64,000 bases of DNA from an uncultured delta proteobacterium. GTDB lineage: Bacteria > Myxococcota_A > Polyangia > Polyangiales > Polyangiaceae. Below, piece after piece: positions 44,887-54,039 of the stretch. The notes beneath the pieces are model-generated. The model had not been told where the DNA came from, ran no database searches, and saw only the letters and a program-made list of their open reading frames with translations. The stretch lies in the NCBI GenBank assembly GCA_963841435.1, contig CAWJCS010000003.1, positions 64,001 through 128,000 of the forward strand. The letters run 5' to 3'. A program made the position numbers and the translations under genes. Each line of letters opens with the position of its first letter. The first letter of the stretch is position 1.

Positions 44887-47631
44887 TCAGTGCGGAAGGA
44901 GCGTTCGAAGCTCGAGGTACGCCGAGCCGAGGTACGCCCCGCCCACGAGCCAGAGCCGGAAACCTTTGACGAAGGGCTCGGAGCGCAGGCGATAGACGAG
45001 CGGCGCGACGAAGCAGAGCACGCCGAAGAGCGCGCGGGCAGCGAGGCTCGCGCCGTAGAGGTCACGGAGCCCGAGGAGCACCGACAAGACCTCGTAGGTG
45101 CCCCAAAACCACAACAGAATGGCGACCATCGGCACCCACGCGCTCGCCTGCTCCGGAAAGCCGAGCGCCTTGAGCAGACCCTTCGGGAAGAGGCCGAACG
45201 CCACGGCGACCGTCAGGTTTCCGATGCCGAGGCAAAGCAAGGCGGAAGAGGGCTCGTTCGGCGCGAGCAACCAGGCGCTCACGAGCGCGCTCGCGAGATC
45301 GGGAAGCGCCATGACGAGCAGCAGCGTGGAGCCGAGCCCGCGACCGAACGTGATGAAGAGCACGTACAGAAAGACGGAGACGCGGCCGACCACGCTCAAC
45401 CAGAAGAACGCGCGCACGTCGAAGATCGCCGCCGTCGCGTAGAAGGTCGCCATCACGAGCGGGGTCGCGCCGAGGATCGGGATCCAGGGTCCGTGCTCGC
45501 TCGGGAAGCCGAGCCGCCCGAGCACGCGGCGCGGCATCGCATAGACCGACAAACCGAAGAGCAGCATGTAGGCGGCGTACCAGTAGGCCGCGCGAGCGGG
45601 TCCACTCGGCTCGGGTGGCGCGGCGCGAAAACACGCCGCCGGCAGCGTCGCCGCGCCGAGCCCTTCGAGGGAGCGGCAGGCCGAGTGAAACCCGAGCACC
45701 CAGAGCTCGTCGAAAAAGTGCCCGAAAACCCCCAGCGCCACGCCGAGCAAGAGGAGGATCGGGTAGAGCGGCCGCGGCAGCGCCGCGAACCAGGCGAGCA
45801 CCCGGAGCGTGCTCGCCGCGCTCACGAGGAAGAGCTTCACCGCCCAGTCGACGACGAGCGGATTCTTCCACGCCAACTTGGCGCGGAAGCGCTCCGCGTC
45901 GCGGCGGCGGAGCCAGCGGAACGGCTCCTCTAGCTCGAAAATCTCCGCGTCGTCGAAGCTCGACTTCGACCGCTCGAGGATGGCGTTCGTGGCCGCGCGC
46001 GCCGCCTCGTTGGCGGCCTCCATCGTCGCGAGGTTCGTGTTCGTGCGCACGTAGTCCGACGCGAGATAAAGATTGTCGATCTCGGTCGTCGCCTCGGGCC
46101 GGAGCTTCCAGCTATCCTCGAGATTGACGAGCAGGGGCTCGGCGTTCGTCAAGAGGTCGGGCGCGCCGTCAACGCGGGCCACGGTGCGCCGGCGCGGGCC
46201 ACGCCGGCGCCCGCCGGGCGGCGCTGTCTGCTGCTTCTCCATGCGCTCGGCGATGTCGTCGTCGAGGTGAAACGGCTGGGTCGGGTGCAGCATCGAAGCG
46301 CGAAGCACCTGCTTTTCACCCTGATTGAGCGACGCCGAAAGCTGATGAAAGCACTCGTCGGCGACCTCGCGCGGCTCACAGTCCCAAGCTTCCTTGCCGT
46401 TCTGGCCCGGCACGTCCCACGCCGAGATGTCGACGGACACGACGGTCTTCACGGTCCCGTCGCCGAAGCTCGCCACGGGGAAGCGCGGCCAGAACTGGGA
46501 CTGCGCGATCGTCGTGAGCGCCCACGGCGAATCGACGTGGTTCACGTGGCCGTCGGCGAGGCTCACCTCCTCGGTGAGGTAGAACTGGATGCCGTTCATC
46601 CACTCCACTTGGTCCTCGCCGAGCGTGATGACGCCGGCGAGGCTCGGTGCCGCCTTCACGAGCTCCGGCTGTTTTCTGAGCAGGCTCGCCATCACCTCCA
46701 CGGGAACGGCGAGCACGAAGTGATCGCCTTTCACGAGCAGGGGCTCGCCCGCTGGGGCGGCGGGGGCGGCGTGCCCGGCGAGCGCGGCGCGCGGCCTCAC
46801 GACAACGCTCTCGACGTGCCGGCCCGTGGGGTCGAGGTTGATGCGCTCGAGCTCGAAGCCGCGTTCGTACTCGACGCCGAGCGACTCGAGCTTGGCGAGC
46901 CAGGGGTCGATCCACACCGGATTGGTGGGCCCGTCGAGGATGCGATCGGCCGTGTGGCCCGGCGTGATCAGGTCCAAGAGCAGCTGAAGACCGACCTGCC
47001 CCACCGTGCGCGCGTTCGCTGCTTCGGCACGGCTTGCCACGAGGTTTCGCGTTAGCCCGACGACGAGCAGGCGGCGAAACGCCTCGGAGCGCGCATCGGC
47101 GTCCATGAAGTGCCACCAGGTCTCGGGCTCGAGCTCGGCGAGCCGCCGGTCGCCCGACGACGTGAGGACCTGCCAGAGCTTCCACCACGTGAACACGAGG
47201 TCGTCGACGGTGATGCCCAGCTGCCCGACACCCTCGAAGAAGCCGAGCACGTAGCCGACCTCGCGCAGCGTGCGTGGAAAGCGCGCCGGCAACACGAACG
47301 GCGCGCGCCCCTGGAACGCGAAGGTCATCGTGTTGACCGCGATCAAGCGTTCGAACACGGTCTTGCCCGTGCCGTCCGGGATGCGGCGCATCGTGTCGGG
47401 CAGGTGCCGGTAGAAGCCGGGAAAAAAGCGAAAGCCGTGCTCGCCGGGCAGCGGCTCGTTCGCACCGACGGCGCTACCCGCGACCTCCGTGCTGCGTGCC
47501 TTGCCGCCCGGCACGTCGCGCTTCTCGAACACGCGAACGGCAAACCCCCGCTCCGCGAGCTCGTGGGCCGCCGTCATCCCCCCCACGCCGCCACCGAGAA
47601 TGACGACGCGCGCCTGTTCGGCGTCTGGCAC
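44887..47631 (-). CDS. FAD-dependent oxidoreductase (carotenoid/hydroxysqualene desaturase-like) fused to a polytopic membrane domain
   Basis: ILGGGVGGMTAA..L, E...PGGKARS, GEHGFRFFPGFY, LASDYVRT..LATMEAANE, followed in frame by about 330 hydrophobic residues. Confidence 0.85.
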   Translation of the reverse strand: MPDAEQARVVILGGGVGGMTAAHELAERGFAVRVFEKRDVPGGKARSTEVAGSAVGANEPLPGEHGFRFFPGFYRHLPDTMRRIPDGTGKTVFERLIAVNTMTFAFQGRAPFVLPARFPRTLREVGYVLGFFEGVGQLGITVDDLVFTWWKLWQVLTSSGDRRLAELEPETWWHFMDADARSEAFRRLLVVGLTRNLVASRAEAANARTVGQVGLQLLLDLITPGHTADRILDGPTNPVWIDPWLAKLESLGVEYERGFELERINLDPTGRHVESVVVRPRAALAGHAAPAAPAGEPLLVKGDHFVLAVPVEVMASLLRKQPELVKAAPSLAGVITLGEDQVEWMNGIQFYLTEEVSLADGHVNHVDSPWALTTIAQSQFWPRFPVASFGDGTVKTVVSVDISAWDVPGQNGKEAWDCEPREVADECFHQLSASLNQGEKQVLRASMLHPTQPFHLDDDIAERMEKQQTAPPGGRRRGPRRRTVARVDGAPDLLTNAEPLLVNLEDSWKLRPEATTEIDNLYLASDYVRTNTNLATMEAANEAARAATNAILERSKSSFDDAEIFELEEPFRWLRRRDAERFRAKLAWKNPLVVDWAVKLFLVSAASTLRVLAWFAALPRPLYPILLLLGVALGVFGHFFDELWVLGFHSACRSLEGLGAATLPAACFRAAPPEPSGPARAAYWYAAYMLLFGLSVYAMPRRVLGRLGFPSEHGPWIPILGATPLVMATFYATAAIFDVRAFFWLSVVGRVSVFLYVLFITFGRGLGSTLLLVMALPDLASALVSAWLLAPNEPSSALLCLGIGNLTVAVAFGLFPKGLLKALGFPEQASAWVPMVAILLWFWGTYEVLSVLLGLRDLYGASLAARALFGVLCFVAPLVYRLRSEPFVKGFRLWLVGGAYLGSAYLELRTLLPH

Positions 47632-47976
47632 GAAATGTCATGTTATCTCGCCCCCTTCGTGGAGCCAAGCCCCCCTCCGCCCCGGGCGGCCTCGGGAGCG
47701 TCAAAAAGGCGCGCGCGAAACGGCGTGCCCCGAGCGCGGGTGCGACAGGGACTCACATGTGACCGTCCTGAGCGCGAACAACTACGCGACGCGCGCGGTC
47801 ATCGTGCGTGAGCACAGGGAGGCGGCAATGGGAGGGGTCGCGCGACGTGATGTGCGGCGCTCGGGTGGGGCGGGATGCCCGCCTGGGGCGTGCATGTCCA
47901 GGCGGTCGTGCGCGACGGGTGAGCGCTCACGTCACGACCAGCACCGTCTAGCGCAAGATTCGAGCTCCAGGCGAAC

Positions 47977-47992
47977 TGGCCCGCGTCTTGCT
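47977..47992 (+). promoter_or_regulatory. sigma54 promoter
   Basis: TGGCCCgcgtcTTGCT upstream of ATG 48021. Confidence 0.75.
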
Positions 47993-48020
47993 GACTGATC
48001 GGGGCAAGAAAGGAAACACC

Positions 48021-48404
48021 ATGCGACTGACAAGTCTGCATCTGCTCGGAACCGCGCCGCTCGTGCTGGGCTTGGCCTGCGGCGGAGCTTCACTTCCGGC
48101 ACCGAAGGTCACGGAAGCGGAGTCTGCCGTAAGCGCTGCCGACGCAGTCGGCGCGGAGAACAATCCGCAAGCCGCGTTACATCTGAAGATGGCGCGGGAT
48201 CAGCTGGCCGAGGCCAGGAAAATGGTCGAGGACGGTAAAGAGGACGAGGCGCGGCTGGTGCTCGAGGGAGCAGAAGCCGACGCGAACCTCGCGCTCATGC
48301 TCACGCGTGAAGCGGACGCCCAGGCGCGCGCACGAGAGGCACAGAAGCAAGTGCGTGACCTTCAGGCGAGCGCCGACCAGACCCAATCCACCCAGACCCA
48401 GTAG
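48021..48404 (+). CDS. DUF4398-type lipoprotein
   Basis: LGLAC lipobox; A..AV.AA..VGA...PQAALHLKMA..QL..A...A.ADA.LA. Confidence 0.8.
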   Translation: MRLTSLHLLGTAPLVLGLACGGASLPAPKVTEAESAVSAADAVGAENNPQAALHLKMARDQLAEARKMVEDGKEDEARLVLEGAEADANLALMLTREADAQARAREAQKQVRDLQASADQTQSTQTQ

Positions 48405-48430
48405 ATACCGGGACAAAAAGGACTTTCGTC

Positions 48431-49321
48431 ATGAGACAGCTTTTTCTGGCTCCGTTCGTGATTACTGCCGTGGCCTGCGCCAGCACCGCGCCGTCCAGGG
48501 AGCTCGTGGACGCGCGCCACGCCTATGACCAGGCCCGCGCCTCCCACGCCTCCGAGTACGGTCCGAATCGCGTTCTGGAGGCCAAGCAGGCTCTCGATCG
48601 CGCCGAGGCCGCCCACGCGGATGACCCGGGCTCTTTCCAAGAGAAACGCCTCGCCTACGTGGCGCATCGCGACGCACAAATCGCCCAAGCGTACGGCGAC
48701 TTCGCGTACGCGAAGGGCAACAAGGACGAGGCGCACAAGGCCTACGTCGCCGAGCAGGATAGGCAGCGGCGCGCGGCCGAGGCCGAGGCGGCAAGGCGCG
48801 GCGAACAGCTTGAAGAGGCACGCGATCAAATCGCGACCCAGAAGAGCAGTCTCGCCACGGAGCGGGCGGCGAGAACCAACGCCGAACGCCGAGCGGACGC
48901 CGCAGTCGCCAGTCTGAAGAAGCTCGCCCAGGTCAAGGAGGACGAGCGCGGAACGGTGATCACGCTCGACGGCTCCGTGCTGTTTCTAACAGGCAAATCG
49001 GAGCTGTTGCCGCTGGCCAAGCAGAAGCTCGACGACGTGGCGAAAGCGCTCGGCAACCTCGAAGACGAGCAGTCGATCACGGTCGAGGGCTATACGGATT
49101 CGCGCGGCTCGGCTGACAACAATCAGAAGCTGTCCGAAGCGCGCGCGCAGGCGGTTCGTTCGTATCTGGTGGAAAAGGGCGTCAAGGCGGACCGGATCAA
49201 GGCGGTCGGTAAGGGTGAGACCGATCCCGTGGCGTCCAACGACAACTCAGAGGGACGCGCCAACAATCGTCGCGTCGAGATCGTCATCGGTAAGCAAGGA
49301 ACGAAATCGACGACGAGCTAG
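48431..49321 (+). CDS. DUF4398 + OmpA-like peptidoglycan-binding lipoprotein
   Basis: TAVAC lipobox, coiled coil, VLF..GKS.L, VEGYTDS.G, NQKLS.ARA, GRANNRRVEIVI. Confidence 0.92.
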   Translation: MRQLFLAPFVITAVACASTAPSRELVDARHAYDQARASHASEYGPNRVLEAKQALDRAEAAHADDPGSFQEKRLAYVAHRDAQIAQAYGDFAYAKGNKDEAHKAYVAEQDRQRRAAEAEAARRGEQLEEARDQIATQKSSLATERAARTNAERRADAAVASLKKLAQVKEDERGTVITLDGSVLFLTGKSELLPLAKQKLDDVAKALGNLEDEQSITVEGYTDSRGSADNNQKLSEARAQAVRSYLVEKGVKADRIKAVGKGETDPVASNDNSEGRANNRRVEIVIGKQGTKSTTS

Positions 49322-49342
49322 GGGCGGACGCGCGGACCTGCG

Positions 49343-50290
49343 ATGGCCGAAGAAGGCAAGCCACGACCCATCGCGGTGTACGGCGCCCTCGCGGCCAACC
49401 TGGGGATAGCGGTCGCGAAGTTCGTGACCGCCACCGTTTCCGGCAGCTCCGCCATGCTCGCGGAAGGCATCCACTCGATCACCGACAGCGGCAACGAGCT
49501 CCTTCTCTTGCTCGGGCTCCGCTTGAGCCGCAAGCCGCCGGACGAACAGCATCCGTACGGTCACGGTAAGGAGCTCTATTTCTGGAGCCTGATCGTCACG
49601 CTCGTCCTGTTCTCCGTCGGCGGGGGAATGTCCATTTACGAAGGCATTCAGCACCTTTTCAAGCCCACCCCACTGGAAGATCCGACTGCGAACTACGTCG
49701 TGCTCGGCATCGCCTTCGTGTTCGAAGGAAGCTCGCTCTTCGTCGCGGTGCGCGAGCTACGCCGCACGAGCTGGCGCGGGTCGCTGTGGCGCTCGGTGCG
49801 CGCGAGCAAGGACCCGTCCGTGTTCGCGATTGCCGGAGAGGACTCCGCGGCGCTCGTAGGGATCGCACTTGCTTTTTGTGGGATTGTTCTGTCGCACGCG
49901 ACCGGACTTCCCGTATTCGACGCGCTGGCGTCGCTCTTGATCGGCCTCGTGCTCTGCGCGGTGTCGGTCTTCCTGGCGGGCGAATGTCGCGCCCTCTTGG
50001 TCGGCGAGAGCGGGTCGCGCGAGCTCGTCGGCGACATCCGGCGCGTGGTGGCCGGTGACCCTGCCGTTCGGCGGGTGGGCAACCCCCTCACCATGCACCT
50101 CGGACCGCGCGAGGTGCTCCTCAACTTGAACGTCGATTTTCGACCGGATCTCAACGTGGATGACCTGCGGGACGCCATCGGCCGCATCGAGCGCGACGTC
50201 CGCCGAGCACGACCCGAAGTGACCCGGATCTTTCTCGAGTCCGCTTCACTGCAAGTTCCGACCACCGAGCACGCGCGGGGCTCAGGGTAG
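49343..50290 (+). CDS. Cation diffusion facilitator transporter
   Basis: AMLAEGIHSITD, HPYGHGKE, EDSAA, TMHLGP. Confidence 0.92.
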   Translation: MAEEGKPRPIAVYGALAANLGIAVAKFVTATVSGSSAMLAEGIHSITDSGNELLLLLGLRLSRKPPDEQHPYGHGKELYFWSLIVTLVLFSVGGGMSIYEGIQHLFKPTPLEDPTANYVVLGIAFVFEGSSLFVAVRELRRTSWRGSLWRSVRASKDPSVFAIAGEDSAALVGIALAFCGIVLSHATGLPVFDALASLLIGLVLCAVSVFLAGECRALLVGESGSRELVGDIRRVVAGDPAVRRVGNPLTMHLGPREVLLNLNVDFRPDLNVDDLRDAIGRIERDVRRARPEVTRIFLESASLQVPTTEHARGSG

Positions 50291-50442
50291 GGTGAACTCG
50301 TAGGCTGGATCGACTTCCAGCGCCCCAGGAGCGCTCTCGTCTGCCTCCGCGCGGCCCTCGGGAATGACCGCGTGTGTCGCGGCTGTTTGGGGGGCCTCTT
50401 CGTCGTCGCCGGCCCATTCGAAGAGGCCGACGCAGGGCTTGG

Positions 50443-50964
50443 TCATTTCATCGTCGGGGGCGCCGTAGCGCGGAAGGGGCGGGGCTTCGTTCGGGGTGTC
50501 TCCATTGCGGGAAGAGGGCTGGGGGCTGGCGACAAGTCGCCGGACAATACGTGGTCGAGGTGCTCCGCCAGAGTCAGGCGGTCGACTGCCGAGATCCGGA
50601 CGAGTTCGAAGGCGTGGCGCTGCGCGATGCTGCGCACGGGGCGCGCGACGACGCGGACGGGCGAGGTCGCGCCGGGAACGAAGAGGTCGAGGCCGTAGCG
50701 CTGATCGGAGCGGAAGACCAGGCGCCCGCGGCGACCGACGAATTCCAGCACGACGCCGGTCGCGGAGAGCTCGACCGCGATCGCGTACGCGCTGCTGCTG
50801 CGGCCGGACAGGAGAGCCCAGCAGTGCGTCGGCAAGCGGAGGCCGAGCCGCCGTTGTCGCCGGTGCCCAAAGGCGCCGAAGTCGACCGCCGGGAGGTCGT
50901 CGATGCGGGCTAGGATCGCTTGCCAGGCGCGGTCGAGCTGCGCGAGTTCTTCGAGTTGACTCAT
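50443..50964 (-). CDS. PilZ-like domain protein
   Basis: RRLGLR...AVELSATG (RxxxR, D/ExSxxG-like), then beta strands and DR..LAEHLD. Confidence 0.55.
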   Translation of the reverse strand: MSQLEELAQLDRAWQAILARIDDLPAVDFGAFGHRRQRRLGLRLPTHCWALLSGRSSSAYAIAVELSATGVVLEFVGRRGRLVFRSDQRYGLDLFVPGATSPVRVVARPVRSIAQRHAFELVRISAVDRLTLAEHLDHVLSGDLSPAPSPLPAMETPRTKPRPFRATAPPTMK

Positions 50965-50977
50965 CGCACAGGCACCG

Positions 50978-50993
50978 TGCAGCTTCCGGGCCA
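50978..50993 (-). promoter_or_regulatory. sigma54 promoter
   Basis: TGGCCCggaagCTGCA. Confidence 0.65.
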
Positions 50994-51386
50994 CGTTGCG
51001 TCGGGCGTCCAGGGCCCTCGTTTAGCGTCTTCCGTGCGTCATTGTGCCACGCGCGTGCAAGACCGCCCGCGACGCGCCGCCACTCGGGCCGCCACCGGCT
51101 CGGTTTGCTCGAGCCAATTCGCGAGCCCCTCTAGCGCGCGATCCTGACGCTTCCCAGGCCACCCGCTGAGCTGCCGCCCGTGCCGCCGAGGCCTGCGGGG
51201 CCTCCAAAGGTCCCCCCGACTCCGTCGCTGAGCTGCGCGACGGCGGGCCTGATAACGGTCTCTTGGTGCTCGGGTTCGGCGGAGCTAGGTCGTCGCTTGT
51301 CGAGCGCGAGCGGGGCGTTTTGGCTGAGGTGGGTCAGCGGTACGCGCGAATCTCGGCATCAGCGCCGAAACGCGAGGGGCGACGCG

Positions 51387-51402
51387 AGGCACGAAATCTG
51401 CA
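51387..51402 (+). promoter_or_regulatory. sigma54 promoter
   Basis: aGGCACgaaatCTGCA. Confidence 0.7.
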
Positions 51403-51413
51403 CGATGCCGGGC

Positions 51414-51653
51414 ATGACAACCCGCACCCGCAAGTCGAACGGCAACAAGGTCGAAGGCGAAGGCAGCTATAGCGCAACGCGCAATTACAATCGACATCTC
51501 GCCAGCGCCCTCAGTGACGAACGCAGCATTCGGAGCGGCGCCGAGCGGGCGCGCCGAGCGGTCGAAGGCCCGGAGGCGGCGGCGCTCCGCGTGGCGGAAA
51601 GAAAGGCCAAGGCCGGCCCACGCCCGACAGGCAAACGGGCCCGGGTCCGTTGA
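51414..51653 (+). CDS. Small hydrophilic hypothetical protein (EGEG...Y...PE..L..AE motif)
   Basis: KVEGEGSYSATRNYN...ARRAVEGPEAAALRVAERKAK; pattern recalled from general-stress gene clusters. Confidence 0.7.
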   Translation: MTTRTRKSNGNKVEGEGSYSATRNYNRHLASALSDERSIRSGAERARRAVEGPEAAALRVAERKAKAGPRPTGKRARVR

Positions 51654-51826
51654 GAAAGAGAGCGCCGGCAGCGTGGTAGCGCGCGAGCTGGTCCCCTTGC
51701 GGCTCGCGCGCGAAGCGCTGGACATCTGGCGAGAGGCCGAAGTCGGGGCGGACGGCTCACGAGGTCCAGGGTGACGTGCTTGCCGAGGAGCGTCAGCGCG
51801 CCGCGCACGGCGTGCCCGGGCCCTAG

Positions 51827-52327
51827 CTACTTCTTCGCGGCTTCGTAGCGCGGCAGGAGCTGCTCGGCATGGTCGGAACCGAGTGCCTCCTGCGCTCGCG
51901 GAAAGAATTCGCCTTCTTCCTCGTCAACGTGGCTCTCGACCAACTCGACGAGCTGGTCGAAGGCACGCTTCCACGCGTCCGAGCGGATGGCCTGCGCGTC
52001 AACTTCCGCAATGGCTGCCTCGAGCTCTTGAGCCTCTTCTGCGTGCTGCGCGGAAATGGCGGCCGTTTCGGGAAACTCGGCAATTGCGGGATAGACGACC
52101 GCGAGCTCGCCTTTCTCGTGGGACAAGAGCTCCTTACGGATCGTCGGGTAGAGCTCCTCGCGGACTTTCGGGTCCGAGCTTGCCTTCACGCGCTTGAGCA
52201 ACGAGCCGACTTTCCCGTGCTCCTCCATCAGGTGCATGAAGACTCCGCTCAAACCCTTCATGCCGGCTTTCACGTCCTTCATTGCCCCTCTGGCCTGTGA
52301 GGCCAAATTGTCCGTCGTTTTCAACAT
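51827..52327 (-). CDS. Hemerythrin/HHE domain protein
   Basis: LMEEH, ELLSHEKGE...YP, HAEE, HVDEEE.EFFP; AGGGAG RBS. Confidence 0.85.
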   Translation of the reverse strand: MLKTTDNLASQARGAMKDVKAGMKGLSGVFMHLMEEHGKVGSLLKRVKASSDPKVREELYPTIRKELLSHEKGELAVVYPAIAEFPETAAISAQHAEEAQELEAAIAEVDAQAIRSDAWKRAFDQLVELVESHVDEEEGEFFPRAQEALGSDHAEQLLPRYEAAKK

Positions 52328-52387
52328 AGCGCTCCCTGCTTTCGTGATGGCGATTGCTTCTCGTTGGCAATCGCGAGCGGAACCACA

Positions 52388-52403
52388 AGCAACGGTCGTG
52401 CCG
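52388..52403 (-). promoter_or_regulatory. sigma54 promoter
   Basis: cGGCACgaccgTTGCT. Confidence 0.8.
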
Positions 52404-52764
52404 CAGGCGTTCTTGGAACGACGGTAGAGCGAGACCCGGGGCGCTCCCGAATTCGGGAACACTGGCGTCGGGCTGTGGCGGCCAGTCTGCCTCGGCGCGA
52501 CAGGCTGGTACGGCTGGGGTCGCCGTCGAAACCGAAGCACGACGGCAGGGCGATGGCCGGCCCTGCGACCGTCCTCACGGAAAGCGGCGCCACTCGTCGT
52601 CCAGTCACGGCGCACGACGGCATCGCGCTCGACCCGACGAGCGCTGCGGGTTGGCTGGCTGCCACGCTGGAGGAAGCCATTCGGGCCCTAGCGCCTCGCG
52701 CAGCCACGGAGGATGCATACGAGGGCGGCGCAATCAGCTCGCTGTGAGCTGATTCCTTCGTTGT

Positions 52765-53157
52765 TCAGGACTCGCCGCGCTGGGGGGCCGAAGCCGGCGC
52801 CGGAGGTGCGGCGGGCAGCGCGGCGATGGCCCGTCGCACGACGAGTCGCACCAAAGCGGTGGCGAGGGAGCCCGCCAAAGCACGGGCGAATTTTTGGCCG
52901 AGCGAAGCTTCCGACACCCAACGTAGCCTCATGCGTCGGGGTTGGGCGGCCGCTCGCACGAGCAGGGCCAGCCCGGCGCCCGTTAGTATCCCGGCCGCGA
53001 CGAGCGCCGGCTTGGCCTCGCGCAGGGCCTTGCTCAAGGCTTTGCGTCCGTCCTCCGACACGCTCGCCAGATCGGCGGCGAGCGCGGCGCGCGCGCGCTC
53101 GGCCTCGCGCGCAGCCGAGTTGACGGTCGCCGACATTGAGTTCAGGCTATGTTCCAT
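52765..53157 (-). CDS. Small membrane protein (DUF3618/YqjK-like)
   Basis: REAERARAALAADL amphipathic helix and a TM segment; third gene of a coupled trio. Confidence 0.55.
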   Translation of the reverse strand: MEHSLNSMSATVNSAAREAERARAALAADLASVSEDGRKALSKALREAKPALVAAGILTGAGLALLVRAAAQPRRMRLRWVSEASLGQKFARALAGSLATALVRLVVRRAIAALPAAPPAPASAPQRGES

Positions 53158-53524
53158 GCGGTTTCCTCGTTGCTGGAGGGTCGAAAGCTGAGTCTGCGTG
53201 TCGGCTCTGCAGGTCCTTGAGACCTCGAAGCGCAAAGAGGAGGAGCACCGCGGCGGCTCCCAGCGGCAGCGCCACCCAGGACAACGCCAGAAACCATCCG
53301 GCGCGCGGGGCCGAGGCGGGCGAAAGCACGACGGCAATCACGGCGGCTTGCATCAAGGAGCTCGCCAATAGCACCAGGACCAGGACCTTCAGGGCGCCTG
53401 CCAGGAACGCCTTCGCGTGCGCCAGCACCAGCTTGATCTCGGCGTGCGCCAGCTCCGTCGCGCTCTCGGCGACCCGGGCCAGGTGCGCGGCCGATTGCGC
53501 CTCGGTTCCGCTCTTGTCGGTCAT
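53147..53524 (-). CDS. Holin-like two-TM protein (YqjE/DUF1469-like)
   Basis: ELAHAEIKLVLA followed by two hydrophobic helices; overlaps the next gene. Confidence 0.6.
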   Translation of the reverse strand: MTDKSGTEAQSAAHLARVAESATELAHAEIKLVLAHAKAFLAGALKVLVLVLLASSLMQAAVIAVVLSPASAPRAGWFLALSWVALPLGAAAVLLLFALRGLKDLQSRHADSAFDPPATRKPHGT

Positions 53525-53556
53525 TCGAGTCCACTGCTGCATCCGCGTCCGCGTCC

Positions 53557-53859
53557 TCAGTAGCCAGGTGGATCACTGGCAGGGAACGATTCCCAGCTTG
53601 CTTCGTCCACGCGATCGCGCGTGCCTGCTTGGAAGCCTTGGCGGGCCCGAGTGCGCAGGACACGAACGCGCGGGTGCTGGCGGGCCTGCTCGAGCAAGAG
53701 GTAGGTGCCTGCCACGCCAGCCGCGAGGCCAATCCAGCCACTCTTGAGGATTCCCAATGCCAGAAGGACCAGCCCGCCCGACGCAATGACCCCGCGTCCT
53801 AGGCCGCTGTGGGGCTCGGTGGCGCGCCCTACCGCCATGATATCGAACGTCTCGGACAT
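53557..53859 (-). CDS. YgaP/DUF2892-like membrane protein with C-terminal SFPASDPP motif
   Basis: GGLVLLALG...GL.AG.AG.YLL hairpin; DRVDEASWESFPASDPP. Confidence 0.75.
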   Translation of the reverse strand: MSETFDIMAVGRATEPHSGLGRGVIASGGLVLLALGILKSGWIGLAAGVAGTYLLLEQARQHPRVRVLRTRARQGFQAGTRDRVDEASWESFPASDPPGY

Positions 53860-53911
53860 CTCGACCTCTCTTTCCGCGCACTCTCTCGACGGAGCTTTCG
53901 CGGAAGGGCCG

Positions 53912-53927
53912 TGCAGATTTCATGCCC
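53912..53927 (-). promoter_or_regulatory. sigma54 promoter
   Basis: gGGCATgaaatCTGCA. Confidence 0.7.
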
Positions 53928-54007
53928 GGAGCGCCGAGCCGGACTTTCGCCGCGCACTCGTTGCGCAAGGGCTCACCCGACGCAGGGAGCCGCGCGCCCA
54001 TGAGCTC

Positions 54008-54023
54008 AGGCACCGGGATTGCA
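54008..54023 (+). promoter_or_regulatory. sigma54 promoter (divergent partner)
   Basis: aGGCACcgggaTTGCA, followed by ATG 54040, which opens only a 36-aa ORF. Confidence 0.65.
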
Positions 54024-54039
54024 GGAGCAAGGAACAACG

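Noticed and set aside
51803-51817. Additional sigma54 box GGCACgccgtGCGC (minus strand)
   Set aside because: Poor -12 element and no credible downstream gene.
53147-53524. Prophage (holin-like gene)
   Set aside because: No phage structural, integrase or lysin genes; YqjE-type proteins are common in stress operons.
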